Assembly (NCBI RefSeq): GCF_002113885.1
Contig: NW_018408852.1
Span: 1,212,576-1,276,575 of the forward strand
DNA: 64,000 nt
Reading direction: 5' to 3'
From: Mizuhopecten yessoensis
Lineage: Eukaryota
Shown: positions 26,292-39,707 of the stretch, in pieces
Layout of the letters: the number at the start of each line of letters is the position of its first letter
How positions within the stretch are numbered: position 1 is the stretch's first letter
Notes under the pieces: model-generated
What the model saw: only the letters and a program-made list of their open reading frames with translations
The model's database searches: none
What the model was told of the DNA's origin: nothing
Program-made: the position numbers and the translations under genes

Positions 26292-27436
26292 CCACTCATG
26301 CTGATAAATATTTGAGTTTTTCTGTTCTATACTTAAGATGTATACCTAAGTGAATAGCTATAACGCTGCGTTTATCATTGACCTACGTCTGTCGCGCGTG
26401 CAAAATCTCTATCGCATAACGTTTAGCACGCTATAATAATTATAGATTTGGGGTAACCGTGAAAAATATAATAGTAATCGGAAATAGTACAACAAAACTG
26501 CTAGACATGCGTTAACGTTAATCAGCTTGCAGTGAAATCATAATATCACCTGACCAGTCCTGTTTGTTACAATAGTCAACCAGCAGGTAGTTAAATTTTG
26601 TTCGTGTTAAGTTTATACCTGGATATTACTCTTGATCACTAACGTGGACATAATGTATTTGCTGGACACCGTTCATTACATCCCTAATAGACAGAAAACA
26701 GTGAATATATACTTTGACATTTGATATACAATGGAGCGTGTTTTGAAAGGTGGTCCGTGTTTGTAATTTCAGTTTAATGGAATGCCCAAGGTAACAAAAT
26801 AAACACTTGAGATATTTAAGGGATTTAGCTGAAAGAATAAAGAGGACGCTGAAATCGCCAATTGATTGAGAATAATGGATTTTGTTGTGAATGAGAGGGT
26901 TAAGACTGTCGACAAAACAGGACGACTTGAAACAGTGTGGTATATTGTTTTCTATAAAAGAAAACACGCATGGGATGTGACACGTCTTTAATCTGCTGGA
27001 ACTACTGGCACGCCCGACTGAGATTCTGAGTTTCTTCCGTAGAATCTTAAGTCTTATCCCTGTTAACCCGGGGCTATGTCTAAATATAAATGTATGTATC
27101 GAATAAATAGTTTATAAAATAATATAGAACGTGGAAGGATGTGTTTTGACAAGATAGAAGCATACCTCTATATAATTACCCGGTAGATTATCAGACATGT
27201 ACGGTTGATATAAGTGTAAATCGGGGAGCGAGTCTACACGTGTGACCCGCTGTCCCACAGTACTGAACAGTGTATAGGGTAAACGAACGTTGCTGGAGAT
27301 AAGTCGAGCGATTCAACACTTGTGATTTCCTGTGTTAGTTTATATTTTCTAGTATAAGTGTTTTCTTTACTTGTTGTCTCCCTCATAATGCTGATGATAA
27401 CTATATTTATCTGAATATTACTTGTTTACATTCCAG

Positions 27437-27634
27437 AAGAGTGTGGGATCCGCAACATGATTCGCTGAACCGTGTCAACGACATCAATGGTTTAAATCTT
27501 GGGGATCTGCATAGGAATTAACGCATATCTAAATAATGAAAACTAGTTGTGGTTTTGTTAGATAAACCATCATTTAACACATGAAAAGGTGTGTGCAGTG
27601 ATCTAATTGGAGTTATTCTGGATATTTTTTCAAC
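27437..27634 (+). promoter_or_regulatory. 5'UTR part of candidate exon 2 with four uORFs
   Basis: Acceptor TTGTTTACATTCCAG|A at 27436/27437; uATGs at 27457 (MIR*), 27487 (MV*), 27536 (MKTSCGFVR*) and 27581 (MKRCVQ*). Confidence 0.5.
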
Positions 27635-27743
27635 ATGCCTGGGAATGACACTTTGAGCAAGTCCAGCCACTTACAGGAACTGATGTATACAGCGTTCCGC
27701 AAATGTATGCGAGATGTCCTCTCTCAGCCTTATCCTAATGACG
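27635..27743 (+). CDS. Candidate first coding exon (36 aa + 1 nt), possibly a class I bHLH E-protein (daughterless/TCF3-4-12 family)
   Basis: Start context TTCAAC-ATG and consensus donor ACG|GTAAGT (phase 1). Peptide LMYTAFRKCMRDVLSQP aligns with the recalled Drosophila Daughterless N-terminus [18 protein letters not shown] (YxxFxxCxxx[IV]..QP). No bHLH exon is visible in the window. Confidence 0.55.
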
Positions 27744-28309
27744 GTAAGTTATTTACATATCAAAGGGTAGGTCTATTAATTGCTTTAAACAAATCCCGAA
27801 TTCTTGAATTACGAAACCTAGACCCTGGTTATACTAGGGGTTTATCAGCGATAAGCAATATCTTACGTGTTTTCTCTTATCAACTCCTCGTTACTCAGAC
27901 ATCTGTTTAAACAAATCAAACAACTGCAGATGTTCTGAAGTTTGGTATGTACACGTAAGTCTATCATCATTGTCATATAATCCATTTTACTTGTTGTCCT
28001 ATCGTCTCAAAAGCGTCTGGATTGCCAAGAGGTCGTATTAGGGCGGATTCCGATGTCGCCGACGTCCTCCTTGGTTGTTATCAGTGTTACGTGTAACTTC
28101 CTTGTTTTGACTATACACAGTTCTCACGAGTAGAGCGTGTTGCTTTGTAAAACGGAAATTGTAAACATACAAAAATACATTGTTTATCATTTTGAGTCAA
28201 AATATGTACATTTTTAACATTAAAAAAATAATTTATATGGAAAGCAGCCTGGTAAAACCTATAAAGAGTCATGCCTTAATACACTTTAACAGTGTTACAT
28301 GTACCTTAA

Positions 28310-28392
28310 CCCTTTCACCCCTATGTAACTTTAGTTGACTCTACCATGCATTGATCTGGACAAGTCCATTATGGTCTACAGTGGTAAAAGGG
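28310..28392. mobile_element. 83-bp piggyBac-like MITE
   Basis: TTAA|CCCTTTCACCCCT ... AGTGGTAAAAGGG|TTAA: TTAA duplication and CCC...GGG termini. Confidence 0.8.
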
Positions 28393-29092
28393 TTAACATC
28401 GCCATAGCTTAAGCTCTGTATAACGACAAATTTAAACATTTACCTGTTGTAATTCACAATAGTTAAGGAGTTAATCAAATTGATAGAAATCGGGTTTTTT
28501 AATATATGTTTTGACGACTTGTTAAATGTAAATTTAAGATACTTCTATTTAAATATTAACAGAAAATTGCTTGTGTAATCGCTCAATGCCTAAAGGGTAA
28601 CTTCATTTAAATCACACTAAGTGAGTATTTGTATTAAGTGGAAAATGTTCATTATAAAACGCGGGATGATTATTTTTCACTGCTCTTAGACGTAATTCAA
28701 TAATACACAATCTTAGTACAAGTACTAACCATACAGAGTTATCATAAAACATTATATATTTAATTACATATAGCCATTATTTTTGTACTTAATTGTTAGA
28801 AACAAGTGAAGAGTGCACGTTTCTTTCAAGCGTTCTAGGTAGACACTTCAGTTTAGTATTTGTTAAGAGGGTGTGGTCATTGAGAACAAGTACATGTATA
28901 AAAATCGTGCATACGGTTATTCAAAACGTACTCAACGTAGTGACACAGTCACAATATGATTAACTGTGTATAGTATACACGTACTCGTGTAAGTTTAGAA
29001 TGTTAATTGCAAGTATTTATCTGTACATGTGTTTTTTTATGAAACAAAATACAACATGCATTTAAAAAAAATAAGAAGCATGTAAACAGTTT

Positions 29093-29148
29093 GGTTTGGT
29101 TTTATCTTGTTTAACTTCCTATTCACATTTAAGATCATTTAAGGACGT
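29093..29148 (-). mobile_element. 3' tail fragment of the V-type SINE
   Basis: GGTTTGGTTTTATCTTGTTTAACTTCCTATTCACA...TTAAGGACGT resembles 23861-23917. Confidence 0.55.
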
Positions 29149-32100
29149 TCAGTAATAACCGTTTGCTAAACCGTGAATCACCTGTTAGCCTGACAAATCT
29201 TTAGGTAGCTGTATAGGTACACGTTACACTATTGTTTTTTATAGCTTGAGGCTGATTAAATAGATAACATACAATTTTATTATTCAATAACATCTGATAT
29301 TTGATATCTAGTATATATATTCATATTGACTAGATGCATTCCTTTCCTTCTCTCTCCATATATTTCTGAGATAAATTATTCACGTGTGTTACTTTAATTA
29401 GCATTACCGAATATATAATCACTCAATACAGCAACTTCAAGCTATGCAACACGTTGTATTAAGTTGTAAAGAACTACTCTAAAAAATAGATAATCTATAA
29501 ACAACCAGGATGAATTTTAAAATAAGTCCGATTTTATAATATCCAAATCGGAACGCTTCATAAGGCATATATTGTATATATATATGTGCGCCAATGATTC
29601 TATTTATAGGACACCAGAAACATTTGTCGAAATTGAACATAACCGGAAGTAAGGCATCAGGGAGTTCATTTTTTTCTGTTCTAACGCCAATATTCAGTCT
29701 TACATTTTGACAGAAAAACAACGCCGCTTTATGAATCGTGTGAATTATTTTGAACATTTTAGCTCAGTCATGAAACAAAATGTAAGGACCATTTTCTAAA
29801 TATGTCAATTGGTTATCTGTCATGACCTTTCACCTAAATGTACTTAAAGCAACTGTCAAAATTATGTTGTCATGTTAACAGATGGGCGTTTTTTTAAGTG
29901 TTATAAAGCATGACCTTATTACAGCCGCAATAAGGTCATTGCACGAGCTGGCAGCGTTTGTGTGGAGCCGTTGATGAACAGTATCCCGCAAGTTGTGAAT
30001 TACGTCTCGCGCTATCACCCTCACTCCTCCGCTCGTAAAACATCAATGCTTGTGATGAGCTTTTCCTTATCGTATTGTTACATTAGGCTACAGAAGCATG
30101 ACGGATCATTCCACACATCAACGCCTCTGATCTATCACCGTTACAAAACTTTGTCACGCTCAGTTTGACGAAAAGAATCCGGTGTTATATGAAGTTATAC
30201 TTAAGAGATGATGGACATGCACCTTGAACAGGTGTTACTATATATAGCAGGTGTGCTTGTCTTAACAGAGCATTATCAAACGATATCAACCTCGATTCCG
30301 GTAAAAAGCGCTTATCTCGAATTTGTCAGTAAATAGAGACACATTTCGAGTTATATGGATATTTTGATGTTTAGAAGAAAATCTGGAAACTTGACTGCTC
30401 TACCGGATCATTTTGATTGATAACGCAAGTTTAATATTTTAATTATCGTAAGGCATTTTAACTAGACATCGTCACAGGAAATATATTTCATATCAATTGT
30501 ATGATTTCCTACTTCCAGTTCGTGAAGCCAAAAACACCACACGCTGTCAAATAAATGATGAAGTCATCGCTGAATCTAAACGAGTCTTGACAAAGGATGT
30601 CCATAAGCTCTGTGGGAAACTACATGTATATTGGACGGGGTTATCGAATTTTACTGACCACAATATTTTAACGATTGTATCAGCGATAGTATTATGAATA
30701 TATAACAGAATTCTCTGCACACTACCTTATACTACCAACCTGTAGAATGATAAATTCTTGTTTGAATTACGGGTTTCCACATTTATATACAAAGTAAATA
30801 TAATCAATTATTGGAATTAAAATCTGCTGTGAAAATCTCCTTCTTTGCCGTTCCTCATTTTTCTTTTACCAATCATGACATCGGCGCCAGTGCATTTTTT
30901 AGGTTCCTTACGGCAAATATATTTTTTAACAAAAGTTAATGTGGTATATTGGTGTTGACACGAAGATATTAAAGTGAAACTTGGCAATACTTAGTAAATA
31001 AATAAATAAGTATCAGCTGCTTTCCAGGTATGGTTTCAGTGAGCCTGTGACAAGGTATTGGTATATTTACTATCCTCTATGTTACACCTATTAAGAAAAC
31101 TTATATAATTTTACTTCCGACGCTGATATATAATAACCGTTAACATAACTTCTACTGCCTGGTGCTGTGACACTCCTCTGATCTATTGAGTAATCAACGG
31201 GTACGTTCGTATACAAAGAGGGACGCCTCTGTAGGCTGAAGGCCCGCACTCTCTGAAGCGATAATATTTCATATGAACCTGATATGACCGACGACTGTCA
31301 CGAAGATTATTTTACCTAATGTGACTTTATCATGCGTTACAACGCTAATTGCTATAATAGTTTGTGACAATACCGGATCGGCGCCTGTATCTTTGGCATC
31401 ACTTGGTGGTACATCCCCCGTGTTACGGTTGGCAGTACCAGAAAGGCCAGTACGGCAACATAACGCGGAGGTGCAGCAGCAATACCTGGCTCACTTAGCT
31501 AGCACATCGATCGTATGGTAACTCGTTCAGACATCCATCAGCGCACCATCCATCAATAGTGTGTCGTGTCATAGAACAGCTTGCAACCAAATAACAATAC
31601 TCGAGATTTTAGGGACAAAAAAACAACTTCCGGTTGTTTGGCGTATATGTTTGCATTTTATTGATTTCAATTCACGAGATATCTATGAAATTGCAATGTT
31701 AAAAACCAGTGATGCGTGAAATATGATACTGCATGTCAATATTTCACATACTTAATGACACAGCTCTTTCAACCTGAAATATATTTCTTCTGTATGGATG
31801 CATTTTCTATTTCATGTTATGTCATTCATGTCATACTTAAATTGGTGGGAAAATCACATGAAGTTATATTGTACCATTATACATTTCTCTCATGCGTGAT
31901 CGCATTTCCCTTGCAGGATACAACTTCGTTCATGGTTAAAATGCTGATTTTTTTTTAAAATGTGTTTTCTTCCACTTAGATATCATCTTATTTGAAACGC
32001 CCTGGTAAGGGTGAAGCACGAACATGTATTTTACTCCCGCTTAAATAAGGAATGCAACTATTGATGAGTCCTTTGTACAGGGAGGGCTATTATGGTAATG

Positions 32101-34844
32101 TATTTAATTAAACACAAGAACATATTGCTTAAATTTTAACCCCTATGTAAGATGCAAAAAGTGACACCTTTGTCAAACTATTGACTGTGACACTGAAGTG
32201 TGAGTTTCTTACCTATGCCATGTGACTTGTCTCTTCTCATGCAACACACATCGTCTAAAAATCTTCAAATTATGCCATTTGTAATTGTTTTGAACTAGGG
32301 TCATAAAACGGAAATATGCTTCGCTACGAGTGCGTTTTATTGTACAGTAGACATACAACACATGCATATATAGTATCCAGGTGACTGTCTATGAGAAAGG
32401 ATTTTAAATCTAATATAAATATCAACGTAGGTAGCCAGATGAGCATGTATCTTGAAATGGTGTTATCGCATTAAATATGAATGCGTCATCACGGCATGGC
32501 AGTGTTGTGTTACGGAAGTACCACCCAGGCTACATCGCTTTCTCTAGTGTAGACAGCCCTTTCAAGTTGATTGCGGTAGAGGGTTATCAATCAATTAATT
32601 GATAGTTAACTAATGAGGGTTACGAGAACATGCTTTCCCATTAGTATGAGTAAGGACGCCTCTTTTTGCAGGACGAGATTACGATTTACTGGGATCGTTT
32701 ATATCAGCATGCTGTTAAAATTACAATTAAATCACATTGTCTTTCTCCTCCTTAATAAATCGAATAGAATATGCGCACTGTTGTTCAAGCCCAATTTTCC
32801 GAATAAGTATTATTTATAGAATGTGCGAAGTTTTAGCTCATTGTATAAAATGAAGGAAATTTAAAACAAATCTAAATGAATAAATGCATGAATGACAAAT
32901 TTGCATATGTTTAGCCGTACACTTGTATATTAGGTTTCGTCCTTGTACTCAACACAGGAAAAAAATGACAGTAATGCATGAATACAGAATACCTTTGTAA
33001 TTTATCACAAACAGTGATGCTTTGCTACAAAACACTTTGCATCAATAAACATCCATTTACACACACACAAAAAAAGATTAAAAGTAAACAACATGTTTAT
33101 CATGATACATTAATTAAAAATGATACATGGCAATGCAATTTTACTACATCAATTAGTATTCGTTTACAGAGTAATGCATAGTTTCAAAACAATATTTTTT
33201 ACAGAAAATCATGATAACAAATTTCTCACAATCATGACACAATCGTTTACAGTAATGCAATGGCACAAACACGTTACATCCCTTCACACTTATTTATACT
33301 AATGCACCGTTATGTAAAAAGCTCTGCAGCAATAAAATCGTAACTAGAAATACGTCGGTACAAATACCTTCATCTTAATATTATACAACGGTTCTCTGTA
33401 GAGCGGATAGAAGGATTGATAGAACGCTGCTATCGTTTTTGAGTATATGTTAGCAATATGTCGGTCGGCTATAAAACGGACTTTCATATCGGCAATGAAG
33501 TCAAACTCACATCTTACGCCAATTGTGATACAAACGTGTTTGTCATAACGACTGGTTAATGTGATGGTATACACACTCAACATTTGGCAGTTATTAGAAT
33601 ATATATTGAGATATTAAGCCCTTAATGCTGTAAATTTAAATAAACTTTTATTACAAACAGCTTACCAGATAACACCTGACTGCTATTACGTTCGGGTAGT
33701 TATATTCCTGTTAAATAACAGTATATGCTGAGCATGGCGATCCTTATCTTTACGACATAGAGAACATGTTGAAATGTTGGAACTAAAAGAGATACAATGT
33801 ACATAGAAACACGTGCTTCCGATATGCTTCTATCCAAGAGTAAGGTATGCGTTATAGTATGTATCTGGTGTACGTATAACTGGCGATCTGAAATTGTTTG
33901 AGCTCAAACTTCAGTCAAAAAATATAAATCTTTATAGTTGCTGCTGCGTGCTTGTTTGGTTTATGTCGTCTTTTTGTTTTTATTTTATATATTTGTTTAT
34001 TTTCTTCTTTATAATAATCAATATCTGGTAGGTTTATCATGTTGTAGATGAATAAATATGTAAAATCGACCCATCAGCATCTATCCCGCATTGCTGAACT
34101 CACTAAGTATGCCGTTAGGTAGCAATAAAGGTCTAATTCTATAGAGACGTGATGAAGCTTGCTATGGGTCCAGATAGCTTCCGTATCTTTAAGTATCAAA
34201 AGCACAATCATCTTGTGAAATGTGCCACGAAGGGCTATTGATTCAATCAGGACCGTTATATGTTATTAGTACGCAGAACAAATCCCCTTAGATCTCCTGT
34301 GCGAAACATGTTGTTGGTATAAATAGTTCATAACATGAGCCTATAGCCATCTACACTCCTACTCTGATACACATAATTGGAAATCATCACCTTCCGAAAG
34401 TAATATTTCGCATTTTAGCCTGTTTTCCTGGTTTACTTTCTACTCCATGTTAGCAAGTACAGATCCTCGTGTCATACGCTATGTCGACGGAATAGTATAA
34501 GAAACATATCCACTCGTTTTATATGAAAACTGACACTCGAACGAAATAGTGCATTAACCTAATCAATAGTTTGATTTCAAATGTAAGATAAGACTATACA
34601 TAATAGCGGGAACTGAAAAAAAGTATAAAAAATATCGTCACAAGTAGTCTTGTTGAACAGAACTTCGTGAGACCATGAAAGACAGAAGTAATAAAGAGAA
34701 CTTCATCAAATATTAAACGTAGGCTAAACACGCCATAAACCTTGCTCCGTGCTATATACATTAACAAGTATTGCCTAAGACTTCAAGGGTCTCCTTTTGT
34801 GGTTTTGTCTCCTCTGTTCTTATGCTTCCTTTGATGCATATATT

Positions 34845-37140
34845 ATGCCTCATTAGTTCCTGTTGTTATACCTCACGACTTTCTTGCTTTTGTGTCTCGT
34901 GGGATCATGTTGTTGTGTCTCATGAGTTCCTGGTGTGTGTTGTGTCTAATGAGTTCATGCTGCTACACCTCATCAGTTGCTGTTGTTGTGCCCCTTCAGT
35001 TCCTGTTATGGTCACTCATCAGTTCCTGGTGAGGTCACTCATATGTTTCTGGTGAGGTCACTCATCAGGTCCTGTTGTGGTGTATCGTGGGTTCCTGTTG
35101 CTGTGCCTCATAAGTTCCTGTTGTGGTCACTCATCAGTTCCTGGTGAGGTCACTTATATGTTCCTGTTTTTGTGTCTCCTCCGTTCCTGTTGTTGTGTCT
35201 CATCAGTTCCTGGTGTGGTGTCTCATCAGTTTCTGTTGTGGTGTCTCGAGGGTCCCTGCTGTTGTGCCTCATCAGTTCCTGTTTTTGCGTCTCATCAGTT
35301 CCTGTTGTTGTGTCTCATCAAGTCCTTTTGTTGTGTCTCATGAGTTCCTGGTGTTTGTTGTGTCTCATGAGTTCATGCTGTTATACCTCATCGGTTGCTG
35401 TTGTTGTGCCTCATAAGTTCCTGTTGCGGTGTTTCATCAGTTCCTGATGTGGTCACTCATCAGTTCCTGGTGAGGTCACTCATATATGTTCCTGTTGTTG
35501 TGTCTCCTCAGTTCCTGTTGTTGTGTCTCGAGGGTCCCTGCTGTTGTGCCTCGTCAGTTCCTGTTTTTGCGTCTCATCAGTTCCTGTTGTTGTGTCTCAT
35601 CAAGTCATTTTGTTGTGTCTCATGAGTTCCTGGTGTTTGTTGTGTCTCATGAGTTCATGCTGTTATACCTCATCGGTTGCTGTTGTGCCTCATAAGTTCC
35701 TGTTGCGGTGTTTCATCAGTTCCTGATGTGGTCACTCATCAGTTCCTGGTGAGGTCACTCATATGTTCCTGTTATTGTGTCTCCTCAGTTCCTGTTGTTG
35801 TGCCTCATCAGTTTCTGTTGTTGTGTCTCATCAGTTCCTGTTGTTGTGTCTCATCAGTTCCTGTTGTTGTGTCTCATCAGTTCCTGTTTTTGCGTCTCAT
35901 CAGTTCCTGTTGTGTGTCTCATCAAGTCCTTTTGCTGTGTCTCATGAGTTCCTGGTGTTTGTTGTGTCTCATGAGTTCATGCTGTTATACTTCATCAATT
36001 GCTGTTGTTGTGCCTCTTCAGTTCCTGTTTTGGTCACTCAGCAGGTCCTGTTGTGGTGTATCGTGGGTTCCTTTTGCTGTGCCTCATACGTTCCTGCTGT
36101 TGTGTTTCCTCAATTCCTGTTGTTGTGTCTCATCAGTTTCGGTTGTTTTGTCTCTCATCAGTTCATGTTGTTGTGTCTCATCAGTTCCTGTTGGGGTGTC
36201 TCATCAGTTCCTGTTGTGGTGTCTCCAGTGTCCCTGTTGAGTGCCTCATCAGTTCCTGTTTTTGCGACTCATCAGTTCCTGTTGTTGTGTCTCATCATTT
36301 CCTGTTGTTGTGTCTCATCAGTTCTTGTTGTGGTGTCTCATCAGTTCCTGTTGGGGTGCCTCATCAGTTCCTGTGGGATGTCTCATCAGTTCCTGTTGTG
36401 GTGTCTCAAGTGTCCCTGTTGTTGTGTCTCATCAGTTCATGTTGTTTCACACATTAGTTCCTGTTGTTGTGTCTCATCAGTTCCTGTTGTTGTGTCTCAT
36501 TAGTTCCTGTTGCGGTGTCTCATCAGTTCCTGTTGTGGTCACTCTTCAGTTCCTGGTGAGGTCACTCATATGTTCCTGTTGTTGTGTCTCCTCAGTTCCT
36601 GTTGTTGTGTCTCTCATCAGTTCCTGTTGTTGTGTCTCATCAGTTTCTGTTGTGGTGTCTCGAGGGTCCCTGTTGTTATGCCTCATCAGTTGCTGTTTTT
36701 GCGTCTCATCAGTTCCTGTTGTTGTGTCTCATCAAGTTCTTTTGTTGTGTCTCATGAGTTCCTGGTGTTTGTTGTGTCTCATGAGTTCATGTTGTTATAC
36801 CTCATCAATTGCTGTTGTTGTGTCTCCAGTGTCCCTGTTGTTGTGTCTCATCAGTTCCTGTTGTGTTCACACATTAGTTCCTGTTGTTGTGTCTCATCAG
36901 TTCCTGGTGTGGTCAGATCTTGCTGATGTCAGTTCCAAATGTTCTTTCTTCTCAGTTTATGTGTTGTGTATTATCGTGTTCTGTTGTATTGCCGCCTCGG
37001 TTTGTGTTACTGTATCTCCTTAGTTACCTATACTGTGTCCTTTCTATTTTATTTTGTGTCGTCAGTTCCGTGTGTCCTCATTTTCTGTTGATGTATGTGC
37101 TCAGTTCCCATAGCTGTGTGTCCTCAGTTTCTGCTCTGAT
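34845..37140. repeat. Minisatellite, 23-bp unit, with ~280-bp higher-order blocks
   Basis: Unit TCATCAGTTCCTGTTGTTGTGTC; diagnostic variants recur at 35245/35527/36659 and 35449/35728. Confidence 0.97.
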
Positions 37141-39299
37141 TGTTTAAGTATCCGATAATGAATCATTTCGATTCGTCATTCCGTGCTTAAGGTGCATGGT
37201 TCCCAGCATTGGATGGTAAGCCTACATTTATTGGCATAACTGAATTCGATTTTACTGCTTTTTTAATATATAACTTAACATTAATGTAACTCAAATATTC
37301 TTTGTTCGTCTTTTATATAAGATATTTTATAAATTATTGATTGACATTGAATTAAAATAAGACCAATTAAGTTGAAATGTATGTCTTTATCAGTAACACG
37401 TAAGACAAACAAATACTGATATTTGGACCGCGCGTATATCAGGATCAGCTGTAATACCATAAAAGTTTTATTTTGAAACGTAATTGAATATAGCCCCACT
37501 GTTTGTTTAATAAAACGTGAATGTTATAATGAGTCCGTGTACTACTCGTCTTGAAATCAAATCCCGATAAAGTGACGCAGAATAGGCAGAATACCAATAC
37601 AATACGTTACTTCTAAAACACGTGCTCACACAAAGGATATCAATTCCAATATATTTCTAAAAATCAGTCCACCGCAAAGATTGAACCCACCCTTTGTAAG
37701 CCTACTGACCTTTAGATCGATTAATATTGAATTCGACAATCGTAATATATTTATCGTATAAACCGCGGTGTTTGATTCAACAGTCAGATAAGATACGTAA
37801 CTTATGAAAGTGACAAGCTGTTTTAAATTTCAATACTAAGAAATTATAAATATCGAGGAGTTTGCTTCAGTTAAAATGTTGTTTCAATTATACAATAGGG
37901 ACGAAGCTTAGAGCGACGTCGTTTAAACTTTTTGTATGCGTTTCTTTATAACCGCTATAGTCATATACATACACGTGTAATAGTTGGGGTCGAGCTAGAT
38001 TCCCCTTACTATAGTGCTATCGATGAGGCCTGATATTTATTTGTGAATCGTTAATCGTGCATACCTTTTTACATCAATCAGATTTGTGAGGGAACATGCA
38101 CTCCTATTCAGTTTACTGTAAAGTATATATATGTACATTGATCCAGATATGTTTTGCAACGAACAGGTGAAAATGAATCATATAGGTTGGGGACAGCTTG
38201 TACTAATCGTACACGTGTTATTTTTACGTGTGCTTTATAAAACCCTGAAAATACATACGACATTATCTACCTTTCCTCATTTTAGTGACTACAATTCTTT
38301 TAACATGTCTGATCGATGAAGTGCCCTCCAGAATATCTCAAACATTTTTGAAACATAAGCAGACATAATGTTACAGGAAACGTACAATACATGTACCATC
38401 AACAAGTTCAGTGAGTTTAAGTGTCGTAAAAACGTCGCACACGCTCATTTTACAAATTCGCTTGTACATACATTACAAAGGACTCGGGAGGCTCATCAAT
38501 TTCATTTTTGATGATCCGGGAGATTGATAGTTTAGCAAACGTTCAGTTTCTTTCAGCTTAAAACAGTATTGTTCTGTTTAGTAAATAGTTCCAGTATTTA
38601 TACAGTGGTACCGTGACACGCACTGGCCGTCCTATCGGTTTGAAGTGGTGTATCAATATGTCATATTCTCTTTAGACAATAGTAATGATACGCATTGTCT
38701 TTGTAATTTGATGGGTGTTACAATTCCACACAAAAGTGTCTTTTATAAGTATTTATTTTGTAGTCTTTTTGGGGTTTTTTAATGGGAAAAGGTGTTTGTT
38801 CAATCAATGGACCTTGTAGGTTGTTCGGTCTTTGGGGTTATGTAAATACAAACTGCTACAGTGATATTTGTATATTGTAGTGTCCTTGTAATATTTATGT
38901 GTCTTTGGGCGACATTTGAACATATTCTTTGGCAGTATACATTTGTATAGGAGGTAGCATGATTAAATTTCAAACAATGCCCTCTTCGAGCAAGCGTGTT
39001 TTATAATTAATCTCTTTCCCGGTAAAAGAAAACTTCACTCACTTATCAAGCACGTGCACCCTACGGTTCGTTTGCTTTATTGGCAACCTCCATATGTATA
39101 TAATTAAAAAGGTCATTGTTTGATATTTATTGGGGTTTGTTCTCCTTTCTCCTCCTTTTTTTCTGATCAATAGAATTATATAAACACTGGAAAACAATAG
39201 AGGTGTCATTATAGTCTGTTCTGGTATAGTAGAGGTAGATTTATTTACCTGTATTTACCTGTTCACTAATAGGAAATACTGTGTTAGTTATAGGAATAT

Positions 39300-39682
39300 T
39301 TAACAAATATATTTCCTGATTTTCGTAATATTTACTGGAATTATGAATAAATATATACAAGATTCCAGTTACAATGTATTACTTAATAAAAACACATCAA
39401 AATACATTTACTGAAAACCTGCTTTTATTAATTTCATATTAATTTATATTTGGACAATTCAGTTTTTAGGATGCTGATTTGATAGTGGATAATCTTATCC
39501 TATTATTGATTAAACAATACATTTTTAAAATGAAATGTCTAGAAATGGAACTTAATAAAACGAGTTTAAAGAATCACATACTTTTTTAACTTAAATCTCA
39601 TAAGATCTTGATAAATAAGCATAAAAAATGCAAAAATAATATAGACTTACATAATAAAGTGGAAAAATGGCTTCTCTTATAA
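39300..39682 (+). mobile_element. L1/Tx1-clade LINE, decayed ORF2 C-terminus
   Basis: DNLILLLIKQYIFKMKCLEMELNKTSLKNHILF*...KVEKWLLL*, similar to the NxxILxxKxYIYxxK...KKW ending of Tx1-type ORF2. Confidence 0.6.
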
Positions 39683-39707
39683 AATAACGTGAAGGTTTGC
39701 AAGGTTT

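Noticed and set aside
34845-36910. Hammerhead ribozyme satellite (minus strand has repeated CTGATGAG)
   Set aside because: No stem II followed by GAAAC, and no stems I or III can be formed.
34771-37147. Cys-rich or keratin-associated-like protein gene
   Set aside because: ORFs arise equally in all three frames from a 23-bp unit; no frame preference or splice context.
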